Notes under the pieces: generated by a model | What the model saw: only the letters and a program-made list of their open reading frames with translations | What the model was told of the DNA's origin: nothing | Database searches by the model: none | Assembly: GCA_046497485.1 (NCBI GenBank) | Contig: JAWOFP010000038.1 | Coordinates: 1 to 17,247, forward strand | Reading direction: 5' to 3' | Length of the DNA: 17,247 nucleotides | DNA from: Candidatus Nanohaloarchaea archaeon | Lineage (GTDB): Archaea; Nanohalarchaeota; Nanosalinia; Nanosalinales; Nanosalinaceae | Shown: positions 1 through 7,700 of the stretch, in pieces | Layout of the letters: each line of letters starts with the position of its first letter | How positions within the stretch are numbered: the first letter of the stretch is position 1 | Made by a program: the position numbers and the translations under genes

Positions 1-70
1 TTCTTGATATACCTTTTCGTGAGGCCGTAACCCCTTTACAATAAAAACAGAGGAGTCACAAACATAACTT

Positions 71-1585
71 ATGAAGGCCTGGAAATCCTTAGCCCTACTT
101 ACTGCATATATTTTTCTTGTGGTAACTGTCTCCGCTCAAGGTATTGGAGGAGCGGAAATAACCGTTGAGGAAAGCCTTACCACTTTTGTGACTGAGATTC
201 TAGGTTTCCCAGTAGCTGATGCATCAGAAGTCATCCTTTTTGTGGTTGGGCCGATTTTCGCATTCTACTTTTTCCTGACAAACATGATGACGATGGCCTT
301 CGAGAATTTTGAGGATAGAATTGGCCGAGATAAATGGGATAAAAAGGAAGAATTACCGACTAATCTCAAGCTTTTCTCGCTTGTCACAGCATTCATAACA
401 GTTGTAACTATAGGAAGAGTTGCTCCAGGCCTAATAATGGTTTTCGGAGCTCTCGCACTAATCCTCGGAATCTTGATGATGACAGGCCTACTGACTAGAG
501 ATGAAAACGGAAATAATGGCGGAGGAAGTGAAGAAGACGCTGGAGATACCGGAGGCGGAGCCGACAATAACGGTAATGGCGCAACAAGAGAAGACTATGT
601 TAATAGGGTTGCAGATGCAGCAGAAACCGCTACCTCAGGCGCAAGAGACCATTTAAATGAACAGTTAGAAAATCAACGGAAAGAGGCCTTGAGATACTTC
701 CAAAGCGATTTCCTAGATGAGTTTGAGGCCTTAAAAAATAATATTTCCGATATTAGGAACCATATCAACAGCGCAAGATCTGAAGCACGAGATAACTCCA
801 AATCTCATCCAAAGGATTTCAAGAAGCTATCCCAGAGAGCCCTAATTTGCGAAAAAATAGTAGATAACTACGAAGACAAATATGTAGATGACAGTCCGCC
901 GGCATCCACAAATTACGATCCTTCAGACTCGGATTTATGTGCGGAAATAGAAGGAGAAAAATCAAATAATGAAGATATTTATAGACAGTTACTCAAGCTA
1001 AATAATCAGATGGATAGAGCATTGAACGACTCTAAGTCAATACCTGATGACGCGCTTGATGAATTCATGAATTATATTACTCTAATCCTTGCCGTAGGCC
1101 ATTTTTCACACCATCACCCTCATTATGAACAGCTGTCAACTGACGATGATGAGGCCTTAAAGACGTTAAAGACCGCGGAGAGCATGGGTATATCCTCCGC
1201 AAACCGGAACGACTTAAGCAGATTAATGAGTCTAGCAACTTCAGGTCTAAAGCAAGACACAGAGAAGCTTGTGGAAGAATCAGAGCAACTTGTAAGACTT
1301 GACCTCAGAATGTCTGAAGCAGAGATAGACACAATTAAAGATCTGACAACTGAGGATGAAGAAATTCATGAAAAAATTAAGCAGCTGAAAAATAGGCTGT
1401 CAAATTACAGCAGCGGTTCTGGAACCTACATTAATGACCACAGGAACTATCTTCAACAGTGTATGAAAGTGATAGAGGACAGTATATTTCCAAAGGCTCA
1501 AAGCCTGAAAAATCAGTTGGACTCTTCCTCAACCTTCGAATCTAATACATACAAGAAGATCAAGGAACTTGAAGAGAAGTTATAA
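71..1585 (+). CDS. Hypothetical membrane protein: probable Sec signal peptide, about 3 TM helices, Gly/Asn/Asp-rich linker, long acidic alpha-helical domain (504 aa)
   Basis: Long ORF. N-terminus MKAWKSLALLTAYIFLVVTVSA|QG looks like a signal peptide. Hydrophobic segments run to about residue 141, then a low-complexity linker ENGNNGGGSEEDAGDTGGGADNNGNG, then a helical/heptad-like D/E/K/L-rich tail. No family recognised. Confidence 0.75.
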   Translation: MKAWKSLALLTAYIFLVVTVSAQGIGGAEITVEESLTTFVTEILGFPVADASEVILFVVGPIFAFYFFLTNMMTMAFENFEDRIGRDKWDKKEELPTNLKLFSLVTAFITVVTIGRVAPGLIMVFGALALILGILMMTGLLTRDENGNNGGGSEEDAGDTGGGADNNGNGATREDYVNRVADAAETATSGARDHLNEQLENQRKEALRYFQSDFLDEFEALKNNISDIRNHINSARSEARDNSKSHPKDFKKLSQRALICEKIVDNYEDKYVDDSPPASTNYDPSDSDLCAEIEGEKSNNEDIYRQLLKLNNQMDRALNDSKSIPDDALDEFMNYITLILAVGHFSHHHPHYEQLSTDDDEALKTLKTAESMGISSANRNDLSRLMSLATSGLKQDTEKLVEESEQLVRLDLRMSEAEIDTIKDLTTEDEEIHEKIKQLKNRLSNYSSGSGTYINDHRNYLQQCMKVIEDSIFPKAQSLKNQLDSSSTFESNTYKKIKELEEKL

Positions 1586-1785
1586 AAATTTATACTTCAA
1601 TTTCAGGCCTAAGATTTCTGGACTCTCTTCTAGTAAATGAAAGGGATAGATATCTTGCTTCCGGAGACTTCATGGACTCTTTATTCGATATTCTAAAAAT
1701 AATACAGAAAAGAGAAAGACTCCGATAGCTGCCTAAATGAAGCCCAATTCACCAGAAGTATAACCAGATTTAACCAATTGTTCCG

Positions 1786-1828
1786 TAATTATTTAAACCA
1801 GAAGCTGCCAAATGTATGTTATAGAGGT
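1786..1828 (+). promoter_or_regulatory. Putative TATA box (TTTAAA 1792-1797) and Shine-Dalgarno (GAGGT 1824-1828) for the 1840-3378 operon
   Basis: Archaeal TATA-like element in the only long intergenic gap; GAGGT lies 11 nt before the ATG at 1840. Confidence 0.5.
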
Positions 1829-1839
1829 TATTCAAAACA

Positions 1840-1986
1840 ATGGTAGTAGAACAGATAATGAGCGACGCCATGAACAACCCTGAGATATTGATTGGAGGAG
1901 TAGTAATTGGGTATGCAGCAGGCGCTATGATGACAAAAAGAAAAATGATGCGCCGAGGAGGAATGGGCATGGGAGGCGGATTTTAA
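1840..1986 (+). CDS. Small single-TM protein with basic patch and Gly/Met-rich tail (48 aa; not in ORF track)
   Basis: Hand translation MVVEQIMSDAMNNPEILIGGVVIGYAAGAMMTKRKMMRRGGMGMGGGF*. SD upstream; the TAA stop overlaps the next ATG (TAATG at 1984-1988). Confidence 0.8.
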   Translation: MVVEQIMSDAMNNPEILIGGVVIGYAAGAMMTKRKMMRRGGMGMGGGF

Positions 1987-2252
1987 TGAAAGATAAACTT
2001 ACTCTCAACCTCTATGAACTGGAAAATGTGCTTACAGAACTTGTAATAATTGCTTTATCCCTGGGAGGACTCACAGTCGCTGGATGGATACTATTTGCGT
2101 CTTCTCTTGACTACACCGTAATTGAATTCGGAAATATAATCCAGCCTTGGGTAACAATGCTTGCATTAATGATCATCGGTAGAGAACTATGGATGATCAA
2201 CAGAAGGTTCAGTTATTATCTGGAAATGATTGACAGCGAGCAGGGTGAATAA
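1986..2252 (+). CDS. Hypothetical 2-TM membrane protein (88 aa)
   Basis: Two hydrophobic segments (LVIIALSLGGLTVAGWILFA; IIQPWVTMLALMIIG); translationally coupled to the upstream ORF. Confidence 0.8.
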   Translation: MKDKLTLNLYELENVLTELVIIALSLGGLTVAGWILFASSLDYTVIEFGNIIQPWVTMLALMIIGRELWMINRRFSYYLEMIDSEQGE

Positions 2253-2255
2253 ATT

Positions 2256-2867
2256 TTGACACAGCACGAGACCGCAGCCGGATTCTCTACACTTCTAGAG
2301 ACGATGGCGCAAATGGATTTCTTCACTCTCGTGCTGCCTTTTATCCTATCATATACAATCTTTTTCTTGGCATTGAAGCAAGTTAATCTATTTACTGATC
2401 AAGACGACGATAACAAGTTTGCATCTTTGATCGCTGTAGTAGCTTCTTTCTTTGTAGCACAATTTATAGCAACAAACCCTTGGTACCAATCATTCTTTGT
2501 AGATTACTTTGGAGCCCTTACAGTAGGCTTAGTAGGAATTTTAGGCCTATTCATAGTATTAGCATTTGCAGGATGGGAGAGACACAGTACCTGGGCTCCT
2601 TTGTTAGGTATTCTAAGTATAGCGGTTGCAGGAGCAGCATTTGTGAATGCTGGAGGGTTTGGCGAACCATATAACATTGAAAATGATGTTATAACCAACG
2701 TGAACTGGGCCTACCTACTACTAGACACAGGCCTAATCTGGATAATCCTAATAGGAGGAGTCCTTTGGTGGCTTTCAAGCGATGGTAATGAGAGTGAAGG
2801 AAATGGAAACTTTTTCGCTGACATGATAGATGCAATGCGAGGAAACTACGACCCGAGCGAGGAGTGA
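2256..2867 (+). CDS. Hypothetical polytopic membrane protein (about 5 TM), paralog A (203 aa)
   Basis: TTG start preceded by GGTGA; DFFTLVLPFILSYTIFFLALKQVNLF motif; aligns by eye with 2875-3378. Confidence 0.8.
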   Translation: MTQHETAAGFSTLLETMAQMDFFTLVLPFILSYTIFFLALKQVNLFTDQDDDNKFASLIAVVASFFVAQFIATNPWYQSFFVDYFGALTVGLVGILGLFIVLAFAGWERHSTWAPLLGILSIAVAGAAFVNAGGFGEPYNIENDVITNVNWAYLLLDTGLIWIILIGGVLWWLSSDGNESEGNGNFFADMIDAMRGNYDPSEE

Positions 2868-2874
2868 TATATAG

Positions 2875-3378
2875 ATGAGCTTCTTCAGCGACCTAGTTAT
2901 TTTTATGTCAGAAACAGACATTATTCACCTATTCTTTCCATGGCTTCTATTGCTTGCTTTCACGTTTGGAATACTTCAGAAATACGAGTTTTTCGAAGAC
3001 GAAGCAGTCACAGGAGCTATATCAGTTTCCAGTTCTTTCCTAGCGATAGCAGGAATCTACTTCTTCATGCCAGAAAACATATTCGCTAACTTCGGCGCTG
3101 TACTCGCATTCGCAACATTTGCATCATTAGGAGTTCTAATTGTCATGGCAATAGCAGGAGTAAATATAGATGATTTAGATAACCGCATAGGTAGAATTCC
3201 TCTTGCCGTAGGCCTAATAGTAATGGGTATAGGCACACTTTCAATAGCTGCAGGCGCACTTCCTGTGAATGAAGTTCTAGGTAATATAGGGTTCAATGTA
3301 GATATGTATCAGGATATATTCATGCCTGTAATGGTATTTGGATTCATTCTTGCAGTTATAGCGATTACTTCAAGATAG
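2875..3378 (+). CDS. Hypothetical polytopic membrane protein (about 5 TM), paralog B (167 aa)
   Basis: GGAGTGA upstream; the DIIHLFFPWLLLLAFTFGILQKYEFF motif parallels paralog A. Confidence 0.8.
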   Translation: MSFFSDLVIFMSETDIIHLFFPWLLLLAFTFGILQKYEFFEDEAVTGAISVSSSFLAIAGIYFFMPENIFANFGAVLAFATFASLGVLIVMAIAGVNIDDLDNRIGRIPLAVGLIVMGIGTLSIAAGALPVNEVLGNIGFNVDMYQDIFMPVMVFGFILAVIAITSR

Positions 3379-3392
3379 AAAATTGAAAATAT

Positions 3393-4277
3393 TTACCAAT
3401 CGCTCATATCAATATCTTCGACATCTTCCTGGTCGACTGTAGTTGAAGTCTCAATTCCTTTGTCGTCCTTGATTTCTTGAACTAGACTTGTAAGATCTTT
3501 CACATTTTCAACTAAGGATGGTAGAACTTGCTGGAAAGCCTTTTCTAGGCCTCCGATTCGGGACTGATAGGAGTCAATATGGTCTTCCATCTCATCAACT
3601 TTCTGAACAAACTCTTGCTGATCTTCATCGTCTCTTACTTCCAAGTCATGAACTCTGTCTTCCAGACTTTCTAACTCGTCTATCATTATATCCATTTCCT
3701 CATATATCTTGGAGAATTCGCTTTCAACCTGATTAAATTTCTCCGCTACTATCGTTTCAATTAATTCTTCCATCGCCGGATCAATGTTCTGATCTTGATA
3801 ATTGTCTAGGCCTTGCTGACCTTGCGGCTGTCCCTGCTGAGGTATCGGCTCCTGATTCATTTGGTTCTGGCCCATCTGTTCTTGCTGCATCTGCTGTTGC
3901 TGACCTTGCGGCTGATTCTGTTGGTCTTGGTTCATACCTTCCATACTTTCCATTCCTTCAGGCTGTGAATCTGCTTCCGAGTCTCCATCATATCCTTCGT
4001 CCATAGGGCTTACTGCTTCATCTGAACCAGAATTATATGCCGTCATTGCCTGAGGCCCGCCGTCATCTGTAGCGGAGGAAGTAACAGTATTATTTACAGC
4101 TTGACTGATCTCTTGTTCAGAATAACGGCCTTCAAGCTCTTCTTTAATCTCTTCTTCGGAGTAACCTTGCTGAAACATGTTTTCGACTGTCCTCTCTAGG
4201 CTTCCGCCTGAAAGGCCTTGATTACCGGTTGAAGATTCGTCATCGTCCCTAAGTCTCCCGAAAAGCTTGAATTTCAT
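3393..4277 (-). CDS. Acidic cytoplasmic protein: small helical N-domain, Gln-rich linker, C-terminal coiled coil (294 aa)
   Basis: No TM. Helical unit LERTVENMFQQGYSEEEIKEELEGRYSEQEISQAV, then a Q/G/M-rich low-complexity tract, then heptad repeats from MEELIETIVAEKF to ENVKDLTSLVQEIK. Confidence 0.85.
   Translation of the reverse strand: MKFKLFGRLRDDDESSTGNQGLSGGSLERTVENMFQQGYSEEEIKEELEGRYSEQEISQAVNNTVTSSATDDGGPQAMTAYNSGSDEAVSPMDEGYDGDSEADSQPEGMESMEGMNQDQQNQPQGQQQQMQQEQMGQNQMNQEPIPQQGQPQGQQGLDNYQDQNIDPAMEELIETIVAEKFNQVESEFSKIYEEMDIMIDELESLEDRVHDLEVRDDEDQQEFVQKVDEMEDHIDSYQSRIGGLEKAFQQVLPSLVENVKDLTSLVQEIKDDKGIETSTTVDQEDVEDIDMSDW
3813..3914. repeat. Exact 18-bp direct repeat TTGCTGACCTTGCGGCTG (3813-3830 and 3897-3914) encoding QPQGQQ
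   Basis: Two identical copies read directly in the Gln-rich linker of 3393-4277. Confidence 0.85.
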
Positions 4278-4303
4278 AGATCAATTAGGCCTCTATCAAA
4301 TGG

Positions 4304-4729
4304 TTATTGGTCTTCTCTGCTTTTTAACTTTCTGTCTATTAGCTTTTCGACCTGTTCTTTTGTGATTTTCTCTTCATCAACTTTCTTCTCCAGCTGTTTC
4401 TCGGTCACAAAGTTAGAATTCAAAGGACTCATCAAATCCATGTAGTTTTCTATCTCCTCGATTTCTTGAGACGTCACAAATTTTCTCTTCTCTCTATTGA
4501 TTTCTTTTATGTCTACTTCGAGATTCGCCATTCTATCTCGCAAATCCGTGACTTCGTCCTCCATATCCTGTATATCACTGGAAAGACTCGAAGTTTTCTC
4601 GAGCAGAGTGTCGTCCAGAGTATTTACACGAGCGCTGAGGTTCCTAATTTTCTCTTCAAGGTCTCGGACTCTCCGGTTGAAATCGTTTACCCTATCGATA
4701 ATCTGGTTTACAATTTGTTGATCTGGCAT
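4304..4729 (-). CDS. Coiled-coil protein divergent from the pilus ATPase (141 aa)
   Basis: Continuous heptads (VNDFNRRVRDLEEKIRNLSARVNTL...), then the motif IENYMDLMSPLNSNFVT; 26-bp gap to the next minus-strand gene. Confidence 0.85.
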   Translation of the reverse strand: MPDQQIVNQIIDRVNDFNRRVRDLEEKIRNLSARVNTLDDTLLEKTSSLSSDIQDMEDEVTDLRDRMANLEVDIKEINREKRKFVTSQEIEEIENYMDLMSPLNSNFVTEKQLEKKVDEEKITKEQVEKLIDRKLKSREDQ

Positions 4730-4770
4730 CCTATCTTTTATTTTAGGAATGCGTGAATAATAATGCTGGG
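4730..4770. promoter_or_regulatory. Compact divergent promoter region (41 bp)
   Basis: TTTTATTTTA (about 4736-4745) lies about 25-35 nt before the + strand ATG at 4771. The minus strand reads TTATTATT (about 4756-4763), about 27 nt before the minus-strand ATG at 4729. Confidence 0.45.
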
Positions 4771-7700
4771 ATGACAGTACACGATAAAGATGTATTCGGA
4801 TATGAATTTGAGGAAGATACAGGAACAGTAAGAATCAACACCTTGGGAAGTATCTACGGCGCAAGCATAGAAGACTACCCAGAGGTAATGGCCCGAGTAG
4901 TCGATATACTACAGGAAGTGCCTAATGCCTCCTCTATCATACTAAGCGAGTCTAGAGATTACGAGTACAGCGCCGAACAGGTCGATATGCTAAAGGAAAT
5001 CGCCACCACCGTCCAGGACATCTCAAATCAAGGCCTTCTGAGCCAGAATATCAGATCTGAAAAATGCGGCCAATTATATGAGGAACATCTTCCCGACGTA
5101 CAGGAGACAGTATTCACAACATTGAAGCAAGATCCTGTAGGAGCTTACGTCGAGCTTAAGAGAAAGAAAAGACATCTATCCCAATCAGATGACCAGTATC
5201 CACAGCAGAGCCGCTGCAAAAGATACTTTGTACAGGATGTAATAAACCCGGTAATTGATAGACTGGAAGAAACCCAAATTATTAGCGAGGCCTCAGAATA
5301 CATTACAGGCCATCATGTAGGTGATAGGGAAGTCTACAGAGAATTCTTCCATCCATTAGTCAGGCCTAACTTCATGCTTACAAAGTATATGAGCCTACCT
5401 CCCGAGAGAGGAGAAGAGGTCGATAGATATAATTCAAGGAACAATGTCGAAGTATCGGTATACCATGTTCCGGGAAAAACTAGGCCTATCTACCATGTAA
5501 ATCCTCCAGAATTTAATCTCCCGGAAGAGGAATACAATCTATTAGATGCTGCGCGTCGTTTCATGGCGTCGCACGAACCGGGCGAAGGAGGCGAGTTCGC
5601 GGAACCGGAAAGAATGCGTGACGTGTTTGAAAACATCGGCAGAGACATGCTTAGAGATATTGCCAACCAGATGGGCGTAGATCTCAATAGAGAAGAAATA
5701 GAGGAGCTTGGAGAGATATTGAATCGTTACACTTCAGGCCTCGGCGTCCTAGAATTATTATTAGCTGATCCAAAAGTTCAAGATGTTTATATTAACTCGC
5801 CTATCGGCGGATCTCCAATATACATTGCGCATGAGGAGTATGGAGAATGTGAGACAAATCTAATACCTACCAAGGACGAGGCAGAGTCCTGGGCAACACA
5901 GTTCCGAATACAGAGCGGAAGACCTCTAGACGAAGCCAATCCAGTACTCGATACCGAAACAGAGGTTAAAGGCGGAAGAGCAAGAGTAGCAGTGATACAA
6001 GAAAACCTGAGCCCAGAAGGCCTAGCATTTGCGTTCAGAAGACATAGAAGCCGCGCATGGACGCTACCATTATTCGTGAACAACGGAATGATCAACGCTT
6101 TAGGGGCAGGCCTGCTATCATTCATCGTAGACGGAAATAGATCTGTGCTTTTTGCTGGTACGAGAGGAGCAGGAAAGACATCACTTTTATCGGCCTCTAT
6201 GCTTGAAATAATGAAGAATCATAGAATTGTAACTGTTGAAGACAGCGTAGTTGGAGACTCAAATATCCTGTACAAGAAAAATGGAGAAGTAAAATATGGA
6301 GAAATCGGCGAATTAATTGACTCATTAGTTGAAAAATACGATTGTGAGGATGATGAAAGAGATATTTTGAAGTCTAATCCCGAAAATATCCAAGTTCTTT
6401 CTATGGATAATGACGGCAAAGTACATTGGAGCAAAGCAACGCTCTTCATGAGACATGAAGTAGAAAAACCCATATATGAGGTAGAGACTCGTACTGGTAG
6501 AAAAATCAAGGTAACGGAAGATCATTCTCTTTTCGGACCAGGGGAGACCTCTCTAATTAGCGAGGTTAAACCAACCAATCTCTCTTCTGGAGACCATATA
6601 GTAACTCCTAGAGAATTAAAAGTACCTACGGAGAGAAAATCATGGGATTTAACGGAAAAAGCTTCCGAACTTCAGGGTTACTTCACTGGCGACATGAAGC
6701 TAGATACTCAAAGAGAAGAACTAAAAGAACTAGCTAAAGAATTCGGTTACTCTAAATACACTGTCCAATATTGGATCCGAGAAGGAATTATTCCCTCGAA
6801 AATTTTCGATAGAATCAACACGGGTTCTCATACCGGGCCTATTAAATATAAGCACAAGAGGCAGTCTTCGAAGCTTCCAGCAAATATACGGCTAGACGAA
6901 AAATTTATGGAGTTCTTAGGTCTATGGGTAGCTGACGGCTGTTACGATAACAGAAGCGTGATAATAACAGTATCAAATGAAGATTGTAGAGAAGTTGTAA
7001 AAACTATTTTTAAGAGACTTAATTTACCTGTCAAGAGACACTCTGATGAGCATTCCCTACTAGCTAATTCACAACCTCTAAAGGAGATAATGGAAACATT
7101 TGGATTTACCGGCGATGCTTATTCTAAAAGAATTCCTCAATGGTTATTCTCTGCTGATAAAAACCAGAGGCGTGCCTTCTTAAGAGGCCTTTACAGCGGA
7201 GACGGATATGCAACAGAGAATGAGGCTGGGATAGACCTAATTAATGAGGAACTAATTGAAGATATTCAAACACTACTGTTAATTGATGGTATAAGAGGTA
7301 GAGCGAGAGACTCAGGTAAAATGCGTTCGATGAGAATAAGCGATCTTGAAGGTCTCAAAAAATTCAAAGAAAAAATTGGCTACCTTCAAGAATACAAGCA
7401 GAAAAAACTAAAAGTCGATGATAAAGTTTCTACTCATGACACCTCCGACATCATTCCGCTGGAAAGAGATTTTATGCAGAAATTATGCAAAAAACATGAT
7501 CTAAATTCTCATGATTATATTACTAGAGAAAATAATTTAGGCAGGCAAAACTTGCAGAGGATAGTAAAAGACTCAAATGAGTCGTCTACTCAAATGCTTC
7601 GAAATCTCTCAAATAGCGATATTTTTTGGGATCAAGTCAAATCGGTAGAAAAAATATCCGAAAAAGATAAAGTTTATGATATATCCGTACCAAAAGATGA

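Noticed and set aside
1..70. Possible promoters at the window start (minus-strand GAAAAGGTATAT near 7-18; plus-strand TTTACAATAAAA near 35-46)
   Set aside because: Plausible, but the divergent gene lies outside the window and the motifs are too weak to call.
1637..1696. 19-codon ORF MKGIDILLPETSWTLYSIF beginning like the MKG pilins
   Set aside because: No hydrophobic helix of adequate length, no SD and no continuation in other frames; probably chance.
1586..1785. 200-bp intergenic gap as an ncRNA or tRNA
   Set aside because: AT-rich, with no cloverleaf, stable hairpin or clear C/D-box pair found by eye.
1770..1970. Minus-strand 66-aa ORF from the track
   Set aside because: Antisense shadow of the better supported + strand ORF 1840-1986, which has an SD and stop/start coupling.
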